A DNA stretch of 64,000 bases from Raillietiella orientalis (Eukaryota). Made by a program: the position numbers and the translations under genes. The notes beneath the pieces were generated by a model. It saw only the letters and a program-made list of their open reading frames with translations. It was not told the DNA's origin and did no database searches. Shown here in pieces: positions 26,901 through 50,200 of this stretch (position 1 is the stretch's first letter; each line of letters opens with the position of its first letter). The stretch covers positions 9,486,001-9,550,000 of the forward strand of contig JAYWIR010000001.1 of assembly GCA_036172245.1 (NCBI GenBank), written 5' to 3'.

Positions 26901-28583
26901 GATTGTCACAAGAAATCAATAAAAAGTCTCCATCTCATTAACAGAATCCGGAAAGCAACATAAGGTTCTGGTAAACTTTGACAGAATAGAACTTCAATAC
27001 AAATAACAAAAGAATAAGTAGCCTTGCAACTGATCCTGAATCAAAGTACAGCTACGTATGAGAAATAAGACCAATACAACATCCATTGTGATAGTGGGAT
27101 GATGAAACAGAGGGATAATGGAAGAATTTTCAAATCAACACAACATAACCTTGCAGAAACTCATTTTACCATACAGGATGAGAAGTTGAAAAGTTAAGAC
27201 TACATTAAGGGAGTTAAAAAACTTGAAAAAGCAATATGGAATGATGAGCAACTATGCACCGTTGTGACTGAACTTTTCACCTCAATTTCATCCACTTGAT
27301 TGTTACTCCATATTAGTTTATAAGCATTGGTGAAAAATACCTATCTCCGACTTCTAGAAAACCCTGATTTGGTAGATTCCATTAAATGCTACACTTTGAA
27401 CAGTAACATCGAGATAAAGTAGACATTCAAAAAAGAACTTGAAAATTTGCTTGCATCAATCAGAAGCTCTTTAAAAATTAATCAATGATTACATGAGATG
27501 ATGCTTTCATGGAAATTGGTTCCAGATTCATTCTTTGAAAACTACTGTGTCTGCTGCTGCTAAGAACGTACAGATTATTCATCGATCATAGTTCCCTTAT
27601 GAAAATAAGAGAACTGAGAAGAGCAAAAGCATGATTACATAATGCTGCATGAATTGTTTTAAATATTTGTTGTAATGAGAATGTGCAAACATATTTGTGT
27701 GGAAAATAATTGCAAAAAATTTCTCCTTGTTGTGAACTTTATTACTGAATATAATTTATGGATGACTTTATTACTGCATGTATCTCTCATAGGTAACTTC
27801 TATCAGCACTTGAACATATAGACTGAAATGTTGAACTTCTCATATCAGGTAGAGTTTAGATGCCTCTTCCGATTTATGTAGAAATTATGAATCCTTTCAC
27901 AACACAAAATGGTACTACTCACTCAATTTTAGCTTCAGAATAGAAAACAACTTATAATCCCGTTACTGTTTACCATTTATTTCTAGTCGGAAAAGAACCC
28001 TGAGAATTTTGTAAAGAACAAGGGAATTGAAGTTTCAATTTTGGCAATGTGACCTGTAAAGGTCGAAAATCTGAACTTTAAAAATTCTGAAGCCTGCACA
28101 CTTTTACGTCATGAAAATGCATTGCAGTGCCTTGCTACGATGTACAAGACAGCTTTGTGCACCAATCTACGTGGTATCATTCAAGTCTGCATGCCATACA
28201 TCTGTTAACTAAGTATGCAAGTCTTTTGGCATAATGCAAATGCAGTGTGTAAGGAGTGCACATGGTTAATTAAACATACCAACAGGTTTACTATCCTTAT
28301 AGCTCAACCGTCTCAATTCTTTGGCTGACATTGTGGCCTTAAATCAATTTTAATGATGGGTACATTTGTTGATTCCTACAAATATACAAACCTTTTCTGA
28401 TTTCAGTCTAAGTAAATTTACGGATAAATGCAAAAGTTGTATGGCTTCTTTCGAACTTGCAGCTTCAACTTCGTCAAGGGGAACTGATAACATTTGAGAG
28501 CAAATGCCCTCAAGGTGTGACTCATCTATGTTATTTGAATCAGTAAGCAATAAGTTACGCCACTCGTTGTTTAGTTCAATCAT
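11948..28583 (-). CDS. CEP290: Centrosomal protein 290 (CEP290), multi-exon coiled-coil transition-zone protein
   Basis: Phase-consistent exons (high-low): 28583-28392, 28337-28280, 26443-26322, 26228-26022, 25977-25842, 25781-25645, 23379-23248, 23203-23100, 23044-22909, 22719-22529, 21834-21711, 21667-21343, 21299-21134, 21082-20899, 20849-20673, 20633-20472, 20399-20286, 20237-20085, 17548-17418, 17356-17240, 17131-16999, 16472-16307, 16261-16081, 16029-15924, 15798-15616, 15566-~15400, (15290-15245 uncertain), ~15123-14827, 14771-14587, 14482-14309, 14185-13930, 13862-13644, 13589-13428, 13349-13157, 13069-12909, 12835-12707, 12649-12506, 12400-12064, 11985-11948. Translations match recalled human CEP290 blocks in order: LIDSLRKERDHLQIQV..DDLIVAVEQRIEEWK; KLREYETGEYGLSEAVREIKQLK (human KRLKDYESGVYGLEDAVVEIKNCK); KKTINTLQARLEVKE; AWEESKRWQK (human RWEEGKKWQAK). 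The last exon is uncertain; an alternative lies at ~11790-11897. Confidence 0.92.
18700..19100 (-). mobile_element. Decayed hAT-like transposase C-terminal dimerisation domain in a CEP290 intron
   Basis: Frameshifted WW...LPSLLKHFIKYIIGMPASPRNT*ES..ICG resembles hAT WW..FP.L...A..L.IPASS..SER.FS..G. Confidence 0.35.
23470..24250 (-). mobile_element. Highly decayed, AT-shifted LINE RT remnant in a CEP290 intron
   Basis: IGIKQNDFPFVHFLF (GIRQGDPLSP.LF-like, ~23830-23875) precedes SIRYLGIAF (~23485-23512) in the expected order. Confidence 0.4.
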
Positions 28584-28589
28584 TTTAGC

Positions 28590-28930
28590 AGGTTGGAGGG
28601 GGAGGGAGAAGGCCCTATTTCGTTTTAAATGAAACTATAAACTATAATCCGAGTCGTCGTGCTTGCTCTTGTGACCAACACTTTGAAACTCTGCATGAAT
28701 TCCATACGGCCAGCCCACACCAGCAAACCGCACTTCAACAGCTCCAGCTTGTTCCGAGTTCGAAATTCTGTAAATCATCACCAGCAAGCATTACCAGCAG
28801 GCATTGCCTGCTGTGAAATTAAAGTTGTCAGTAAATCGTTTCCGACTGTTTTTCTTTCTACGCTCCATAAATTGCATTGAAGTAAATGGACCGTATGAAA
28901 AAAAAAATGGTATGTTTCAGGTAACCATGT
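28590..28930. promoter_or_regulatory. Putative CEP290 promoter / 5' region, possibly bidirectional
   Basis: CpG dinucleotides reappear locally (ccgagtcgtcgt, tccgagttcg, atcgtttccga) just upstream of the CEP290 ATG, inside an otherwise CpG-poor domain. Confidence 0.4.
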
Positions 28931-30269
28931 GCATCAAAGCTAAATTTCTTGTGCATGGAATTCCAAGGGACTAGGGAGAGGAAGAAGAAGAAGAAAAAAA
29001 AAGAGCACTTGAAAATCATTATGTTAACTTTACAAGTGCAGAAGTTCTAGAATGAAAACGAAAGGAAGAGGTGCAGAATAAACGCTATTTTTGATTATTG
29101 GAAGGTTCTCTTGACTCGGCTTGCCATTTTGTTTTTGCTTCTTACAATCTGATGACAAATCAGATTTTAAGAAGCAAAAACGATGCAGGAAAATCATCGA
29201 AATGCATATCTATGTTATTCTTGACATTCCTTTCGTATGTGCTGCTTTGTAGTTAATATCTGTGCAGCTCTTTAACAAACTAACTTGAACTTCCTCTTCA
29301 TATATCTCACTTTTTCAAGAAAATCCCAGTAGACAGTGCTCAAATCTTGCTTTTTTTAAAAATGATTATCGATAAGACCTTGTTCTAATTTATCTTCTTT
29401 CTTTTGCAGGACACTGAATTTGGAATCCTAAAAAATAACGTAAGCAAGAGTCGACATAGAAGTGAATTGGGATTTTACGAGTAGACACAAGTCTCATGTT
29501 TAAGGTGCACCTTTGCACTTTAAAGTTTACCGATTGTAGTGAGCAGCTCCAGGTGTTCTGTACACATCCAATGCATTATTCACGTCTTTAATTAACGTAC
29601 CTTCTTTATGATGCTTAATAATATGCTTTCATCATAGTTTCGATTTTCCAGAAAATAAAGTTTGCGAATACGTCATTAGATGAAGCAAATGAAAGCATTG
29701 TAAGATGTGAATCGTTGTACATGTCATTTCTCAACATTTCTCATTCGTCCACAACGAAGATAGCAGTGTTTATAAAATCCGTAGTTTGTACGGATGTTTT
29801 CATCTTTGTGTAGTTTGTCTCTGGCTGCATGTAGGAGATGCAGTATCTTGAGTTACGTCATATGGGACCACTGATAAAAAATAAACTCATCCTTCACGAC
29901 CAGATATGTCTGGGATGGATTCAGCTCTAGCAAGATTCTCTCAAACGAATTTAACTAAGCGTGATCAAGAGTGATAGTGGAAGAAAGTTAAAAGAAAAGA
30001 GTAAAACTGGAAAACACGTATGTAAAGTGAAGAAGGAAAGAATCAAACAAATGCTCTCGAATATTTTTATCTCATCTCAAAACGCGTGTTAGAACGCATG
30101 TACTGATGAAATGCCATGAGAAGTCTACACGGGGTTCTAGCTCGTTTCTATTGAATCAACTTCGGTAATGAGTTTCATCCCATTAGAAATCTTGCAGGAT
30201 GACAGTTAGGCTGCTGGATTCTGAGTATAACAGCTGACCTACTTACTGCTGGAAGATACTAAAGAAGCT

Positions 30270-30620
30270 GCGAAGAAGGATCAATTCTGGAACGGTTTCA
30301 TGATGTCGAATAAATAGTGCAAAGTATGAAGCTCCATGCAACCAAGCAGTGAATTCTGAGCTATAAGTGGAGGTTGACTATCTGGACAGTTACAAAAAAG
30401 GGATCCCTTAATGCAAATTCGATAAATAACGGGCGTGTAGAGAAACGCCCAAGTAACGGTATGAGGGAAAGAGAGATTCCTTGGAGCTCGAATACCAGGA
30501 AGGTAAAAAAGAGAACGCATAAGCGAAATTACCTAGGAAGGAAATAGGAGCAAGTAGGCAATTGATAGGTGTACGGTTTATGAGAATCTCATCCAAAACC
30601 AATGAATTTCACACAAATTT
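30270..30620 (-). mobile_element. Jockey/I-type LINE RT C-terminal remnant
   Basis: SYRYLGVSLHARYLSNLH followed by SLLGCMELHTLHYLFDIMKP (SWG....TL..LY...I.P-like). Confidence 0.5.
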
Positions 30621-31189
30621 AACAAGGAGTGAAACGAAGAAGGGGAATTTGAGGAAACACACCTTCCTTTTCGGTCACCCTTCACCCATCTAGTGGACTT
30701 CCAGTGGACTTTGGGATCGCGTTCTTAGCGTATCGGGCGGATTTTGAAAGGCTTCAGCAGTTGAGCACCGTGTTGACACTCTGCAGCCATGAAGAAGAGG
30801 AAGCATGTGAAACGATAGTTGCGAGCGCAAGGAAGGCTTCTGAGGAATCTGTGTTCTGATCCCTTCCTTCGGGTCCCTCCAGGAATCAAGGAGTGGGGAG
30901 TTCGCCCTCCGGTCGTGCAACGGAGAGCGGACCCCCCACACCGGGGTGACCCCTCCGGTTCAAGATGGAGCAGGAGCCTTCACAAGCACCTCTCCAGTTG
31001 TTTAAAGGAGCGGACCCCCCTGTTGCGGGGAAGACCCTCCGAGTCGTCGCCTCTCCAGAAGAGTGAAAGGAAGCAAGCGAGAGCGATCCCCCTACGGGAA
31101 GCTGTAGCGCCTCTTCCGAATTTCGGAAGCGTCCCTTCGGGGTTCTCTTCAGAGGAGTGAACAGGATGGAGAGCCAAGCAGCCCGATGC

Positions 31190-31560
31190 TTTTAAGCGTG
31201 CTCACCTATCCAGGGAAGCGTCGCTACACTGTAGCGCGCACAAGAGCTGGCAAATGCCACCACATCCTGGAAGCACGTCGAGTCCTTAGGCATTTGCCAT
31301 CCTTCGCGACGAAATTGACGCGTTCGAGAAATCGTTGCAGAAAGATTTGCGTCCATGAAGCTGGCCGGCGACGGCCTGTTCAGGATGGACGCGCGGAGAT
31401 AGATGGTGGTGGGATCCACGAGGTACGCGAAAGACGGCGAGACGCAGAGGTTTCGAAAAAGCAGAATGCTCGAAGACGTGCAGTAAGCCCACATCCACCA
31501 GCGCAGGGATCTCCTGATCTTGTAAAATATGTCGCGCGCGCAAATAGAAGACAAATAGCA
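31190..31560 (-). mobile_element. Possible second Penelope-like remnant
   Basis: ILLFRNLCV..DPTTIYLRASILNRP..FRREG..TLPW resembles the PLE RT C-terminus. Shares ccaggg(a/t)agcgtcg with the element at ~2097-2110. Confidence 0.3.
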
Positions 31561-33344
31561 GGAAATGAAGAACAAAGAAAATTTCGATAATGGTTTAAGT
31601 GCAGCAATTATCTGAGACGTGCGAAACATTGCAGAGCTTAATTGCTGCGCACGATGCCATTCAAGATTTAGTCTCATCATCGAATAAATTTGTTAATAAA
31701 TGCATTTATATTCAACACTACGTAAATATATGATTTCATCTCGAAATTTATTCTGTGTATCTTACGTATGAACACGTAATGAATTAGGCACTGTTTAAGG
31801 AAAACTCTAGGTGCGTGCTAGATGACGCGGATGCTACAAGCATACGTTAGAAGTACCCAAGACATACTCTTATTTATGGAATACAGTACACATCGATCAT
31901 AACGACCTTAGCTGGGCGACGGAGCAATCAGATTAAGAACACGCTAAGGGAGAAAAGTGCCGAGGATGGCAACCATGGTCGTCGCGTCCTGCTGCCGGAT
32001 GATGCTACAGAACCGAGCTGATACCGTCGCTGTCCTCGAGCGCCATTAAGTAGGTCCCCCGTCGATAGCGCAGATCTGATACCACGGTCCACCAAGTCCA
32101 CAAACGCCAGGTGAATCTAAATCTGCGGTGTTTCTCCTTCTTCTTCTTCTTCTTCCAAATTGCTGCTGGAATCGTGCATTTTGGCCGCGACATGGACGTG
32201 TAACGCGATAGGAAGATAGGACCAGCGATTTACCCTTCTGATAGGAAGTCTTGTCTTGGAAATCGGAGAACAGAATCCGCCCATCACCTTGGCGTGTGCC
32301 CACACATTCGGAAGTGCCGAGGGGAGCATTGAAACTCTTTGCAAGTAGAACCCTTCCAAGGTTCTCTGTATGCGTGGCGGCGTACGAGTGGCATCTTTGA
32401 AACGAGGAGGAAAGGTGAAGGCGGGGGGAGGGGAGAGTGGGGGGGAGGTCGAGGAAAGGTCGATTCCGACTTTTTTTTCCCTTTCGGTTCCTCGCTTCGT
32501 TCCTTCCTGGTTTCTCTCTGCGCTGTGCGGAACGCGGCCGGATACGCTCACTTTGTCCCATGTCACCGAGCAGTGTAGGGGAAGGTGGATCGCACGTGAA
32601 CGGGTGGACCGGAAAGAGTTCCTTCCTCTGCTGAAATTTCAATTTATGATCTTTCCTTTCCGGAGCGTGAGCGGGAATCCTCGCGTTGTATCGTCCGATC
32701 TTTCCGTATCAGCTCATCTCCGGACAGATTGATCCTGGATCCTGGCGGTGAGAGGAAGAATGACAACTCGACATTCTTGATAGGAGAGAACCTGGACGAC
32801 GTGCGGGCGTTCTGCAACCTCACTTTCCTTCCTCTGTGCCGCCGGAACTCAGATCGATCACGCTCATCTCTTCGGCGTGAGACTCTCCCGAGAGTGATGG
32901 TCCCAACTCGCCGAGCGGCAGCGGGCGATCCCGCTCGGAGGGAGAGGCACGTCCTCTGGGGTGAAGGGGGCAGCCCTCGTTGCACAACTTCCTCTGAGGC
33001 GGAGCACGGAGACCTCCGGAAGGTTCGTCCACGCGGCTCCCGCTGCGGACGCTTGCGCGCTCGCGTTTTCCGCCCAAGACGCCGAGGCTCGGGGGCCTTC
33101 CCGGAGGATCGGCGACACGCAAGCAGACTGCGTCTCTGGAACCGATCTGCTCCTTTGTTCAGCCAGGCGGGAGCCTACGCTCTGATTGGGCGAATTTCCT
33201 CTTTGCGTGCCTCGCCTACGTTCCGCTCGATGGTCGCTCGATAATCGGACAGCGGCGCGTCAACGGGGGGCATCTGCGCCTGGTGGAAAATTTCGGTGTT
33301 CGGACACGCTTCGGAAAGGGAAAAAATAAAAAAGAAAAAGAAAG

Positions 33345-33955
33345 CGACGTGTGGCCGCGCGCGGCACTAAGAGTTGAGAGTTCGAATTCCTCTCGGGAAG
33401 GGTCAACGCTGAGAAATGAGTGATGCGTCGTGGGTTTCGATTCCCCCCGCAGAATGATGCTGGTAGTTCTTGGGAGTTTCGGGTGCGGCGGAACTGGTGG
33501 AACCTGGATGCCCCCGTTGACTGACTGGGATTGGAAGCCGACTTTCCGGGATCCTTCCAGGGACCAAGGAGCCGGTTCCCTTCCGGTTGTGAGGGTGCAG
33601 CCGTCCCCCTTCCCTTCGTGAAGACCCACTATCGCGTTCTACGGAGTTGCTTGATACCTCACTCCGGAGGGGTTGCCTCTCCAGAGCGGGAGAAGGGAGG
33701 GAGAGGAGGAGAAGGAAGCGCTCTGCTCCCACCGGGTTCCCTCCAGAGGGAAAAACAAGGAACGGTTCCCTTGCGGGTTCCCTCCGGAGAAAAAATGGAG
33801 GCATGTTCTCTTCCAGAGATCCTTCCGGACAGAACAAGGACGAATTTTTCTTCGAGTTTCCCTTGGGAGATAACCAGGGCGAGGGCTTCCTACGAAGAGT
33901 AAGAGGAATGGATCCTTCTTGCTCTAGAACCTTCCTGGATTCATAGGGTGGCTAA
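33345..33955 (+). mobile_element. tRNA-derived SINE-like interspersed repeat, copy A
   Basis: Two B-box-like motifs (gagttcgaattc at ~33378, gggtttcgattccc at ~33432). Body is colinear with the reverse complement of 56860-57520. Confidence 0.65.
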
Positions 33956-35291
33956 TCTGGGGTCATTCCCTATAAATTGAAGAGTTATACGCACCCTCGG
34001 GTGGCGTCGACAGCATTAAAGAGCGCTGAGCAAGGTCCTCCAAAGGAGGCGAACGATTCTTTAGCGCTCCCTGAAAACTTGACTCCCTCTCCCGAAAAAA
34101 AAGAGAAAAAGAACAAAAGTTGGGAGGAGCGAAAATGGAAGAACCCCCCCAAGTTTTTTCCATCATCTCCCTCGGGCGCAACACGGGAGGCTACCAAGAA
34201 AATCCACCCTCGTCTGGTGGATCGAAGCATCGCGCGCGACCGTCTCTCCTTGTTTCTTTTTCCCCACCTCACCCTACCTCCTTTTTTGGGGAGTAGGGGT
34301 AGGGGAAGTCGCGTGCGCGGGGGAATGAGGCAGCGGCTCGTCCCAGGATCCATCACGGGAGGCAGCGCGCGCTCTTCGCACCGTCGCTTCCCCTCGGTGC
34401 TGAATCCGCTGCCCTCCTTAGTCGAGGACCTCCTCACGTCTCCTCCCTCGTCTGGCGTCAATGGGAGTCGCTCGCGAAAGACAGACACAGGCTTCTCCGG
34501 GCAGAATCTTGCCCGAAGAGGGGCGCTTTCAGTTCCTCGGCAATGCGCGCCACCGGCAGGATCGAGCGGCATCTGCCGAGGGAGGCCGCCGGTTTCCGTG
34601 CCCGGCCTTCATCTGGAACGAATGGGGTGGTGGCCTCTCCAGGTTGAGACGTCCGCGTATGGGGTTGCTGGCGCCCCTGTTTTCTTCCGCCCAGTCTGCG
34701 GTGATCGACCAGCTGCTGCCGAGGGGAGGGTAAGGATGAGGGGCGTTCCTTTCCCAAGAAGGCACATTCCCCTCTTCGGGAGAAGCGCACTAGAAAAGGG
34801 GAGTTTCTCTCGACCCAACCAAAAAAGAAAAAAAAACCCGGGGCTGAAATTGGGAACGTCTCGGGAGTCCTCGGGGAGGGGGAAGTCTCAAGACCCAGGA
34901 GGAGGAGGCCAACTGGCTGCCGGCGGCGGCTGGCAGCCACAGGTTGTCCTCGTGGCGCCGGCCCTTACACGAGTGCCCCTGCCGAGCGGCAAGTGCCGCG
35001 GGTTGCTCACTGAAGGGTCACGCGAAGGAAGGGCGGAGCGACCCTCAGGATGCAGCGGATCAGGTCGGCGGCTGCCGCCATCCTCCTCTTTCCTTCCCTC
35101 CTGCTGCCTCCCCCTGTGCTTTCCTCTTCTCCCCTCGTCCCCCTGCCTTTTATTGAAGTGCTGCAGGGGAGGGTCGCTCAGCCTTCCTGGCGAGATGGGC
35201 AGAGATAGATGCGGCGACCAGGACGCAGGGTCTTCCTCGGGCTCGGGTTGAACCTGCCGCCAGCTCCGGGCTCGCAGGCGAAGAGGGCTGG

Positions 35292-47249
<11,958 letters not shown>

Positions 47250-50200
47250 CTGGAAGGAGATGAGGAGACGGTATGGAGAAGTACAGGCAGCGCCAAACAG
47301 CGGCAGGTGAGGCACACTGATCGCCTCCCCTTGGATTCGCAATAGCGCGGGATCGTGTGGGAACGCTGCGTCCCCAACTCGCTGCACCATTCCGTGTTTT
47401 CTTTTTTTCTTTCTCTTTTTCGTCTCTGCTTTCCGAACCTTGCGACGGGAGCAGCTACCCTGCAACGCGTGCGGGCCACGCCGTAGTCAGAGCTGCCTGC
47501 CGAGCGCGGGAGCGAACGCGCAATGTGTGCCTTCCGCCGTGCGGAGTCACGTGCCACTCGTTTCCTTCCAACCGCACATCCCCAGTCCATATGGTGACGC
47601 AGAAGAGAAGTCCGCATCCGGGGAGCTTCTTCGAATTTTCTGCGAGGACGGGGCCAGCTATGAGGTCGGCGGCTCCCCGCGTTTGAGGTCTCGGGTGCGT
47701 GCGGGAGACAAAAAGAGGGCCTCGTCCTCCTGTCGTACCCGGCAGAAGCCGCCACCGCGGCTCCGCAGTCAAGGAAGAGCAGCAGGAGTGGCAGGGGGGG
47801 GGGGACCGAAGGCCGGGCTGGGCATCCGGGTCATCTTCGAGCTGCTCGTGCTAGAGGGCAAGGAGCGCTCGGGGTAGCCCAGCGAAGGAAAAGCGTGCTT
47901 GACGCTCCATGTAGGCGATCCAGAGAGGCACTTCTCCCAGCCAGGTGATGATTCCGCAGCTGGACCGGACGGGAGAGCTTCCTCCCCAGCACGAACCTTT
48001 CTTCCGCTCGATTTTCCAGCGCGCCGCTCGAATCGCCCAGACCAAGATCTCCCATTGGAACGGTAGAAAATTCCCGCGGACGGGTGCGGGCTCATTGCAG
48101 CATCGAGCGGGAGAGGAGCGCTCATGATGGATCGCTTTGACCTTTGAGAGGTCGGGACGCCGGAGGGAAGAACACCGCGAATCCTCCACCCCTCAAAACT
48201 GGCGTCATCGACGACGACGTCTCAGACCTTTCTTGTCTGCATCCCGAGTTTCCCCCCTTTCCCATGTTCTGTGCCGGAAGATCGGAATTCCGACCAACCA
48301 GTGGGTGGGAATCCAGGCAGGAAGCGAAGAGAGGAGGGAAGTGGAAGGAATGCGCGGAGAGGAGCGCCTAAAAGGAGCCCAGAAACGCGAACGGGGATCC
48401 CTGGAAGCACACCAGCGCGTACACCGAGTTTCCGGGATCTGGCAGCAGGAGGAATCGAAAAATCGTAGAGACAAGGGAGGGAGGGAGGGAGGGAGAAGAA
48501 GAAGGAGGAGAGAAAAGCAAAACTTACATCCCAAGACAGACGATGAAACATGTTCTCCGCATGTCCATCACCAGGACGACGACTACGGACTTTGGAATCG
48601 GGGAAATTCTCGAACGGGCCATCGTCAACTGCAGCGGGAATTCAGGGAATCTTGCACTCGGTGTCCGCAAGATGGGGTTTCCAGCAAGGGAGCAACGATG
48701 AATTCATGCTTCAGGAAGAGGGGAGGGAGGGGGAACGGGGAAGGAACTTTCTTTCTGTTTTTTTTTTAAAAAGAAAAGGAGAAGAAAAACCATATATACG
48801 CACTGGAGGAAACGTAGGCGGGAGACATGGGGATGCACAAGCGGCAGAGACTAGTTGGGGTACCGCGTGTTTCCACCGATTCGGGAGCAGCACGCGTTTG
48901 TCTTGTGGATGGCGGGAATCAAGGGGCAGTACGCACGAAATGCTCTAGAGATTACGTAGGCGCCGGCATGCATGCATCTTCCGCTGTCGAAGCAGGAGAG
49001 TACCAGGCAGAGAAGGAAGCCGCCGTAAGTAGCAGACTCTCCTGAGCAGCAACATCTGCTTCCCTTAACTTCGTTTTCCAGGATTCGTGGAGCGTAATCG
49101 CCGCCATCAAAACCAAGCGCGCTTGACTCTTGCTTTTCCAGCTTCCCCTAACCCACATTGTTGCGCATTATCGATTTCTTTCCGTCAAGGAGCACGCGGG
49201 AGCAGCCGGACAGGGAAGAGAAAGAAGGAAGGAAGGACAGAAAGGAAAGGAAAAAAAAAAAAAATGGCCCTAAAGAGAAAATCAGCTACGTCCGAGGAGG
49301 AAAGCTCGGGAGGAGTATGATTGATTTGCCTGTCACCAAGCTTGCAAGATTGGAGATGCATTTAAGGAGGACATGGAGATCCTTGTGCGAAACCCTTTTT
49401 CCGAGGAGCAGCGCGGATTCGAGGTCCGAAACGATAAGGAGAGCAGGTAGGTAATTGCATTTCGTTTGTACCTTTCGTTTCGTTTTACGCAAATTACTTG
49501 CATCCACTGTTTGGAAGAGTTGATGAGTACTGGCGAGTGCGCACGCTAATAACGGATGTGTCTTTGGGGCCTGCGTTCATTCCTTCCCTTGCCTTTTTGA
49601 CAACGCTACGTGCTTCCCGATTGTTTCGTATGGCTTTGTAATTCACTTTTTATAAGGTGGCAATCTGAGAGTGCAGCATCCTTTATTTCGAGGATATCCC
49701 TGGAGGAGGTGCATCTTTTGCGAGCTGAGGCGGAACTGAACACCCACGATGCGTGCATTCCGATTTACCCCGATGAAGACTCTGGATCGGGAACCTTGAG
49801 CGCGGGTCTCGGGCCCCACCGTGGCTGCATCTGCCAACGTTTCTCTTTTGGACCTGCCGGTGGTGCTAACGCGGCCACCGCCGGTCCTCACCGCTTCCGC
49901 GTTCTTGGCGCATTCCGACAAGGTGCATTACGGGGATTCCGGGAAATCCTGATTTTTTTTTGGCTTGGCCTGATCCTCAGGTGGTCAGCAAAGCCAAAAA
50001 ATGTGCAGCTGGAAAGCACGAAAATTTGTTCTTGAAGGAGTGGAGTGGTCGGCGCCTCTCAGGGGCATTCTCATAAGTGCTCGGCAGCCGACTGGAGACG
50101 AAACGTTTGAACCGCAAGAGTTGCGGGGACGCTGGCCAACTCCGCTCTCTCCTTACCTGAGTGGACAGTTCCTCAGAGGAGCTGCATGACTTCTCGTCGC

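Noticed and set aside
33977-35251. 424-aa plus-strand ORF antisense to the Tmc 3' region
   Set aside because: Low-complexity translation with no motif; probably a GC artefact.
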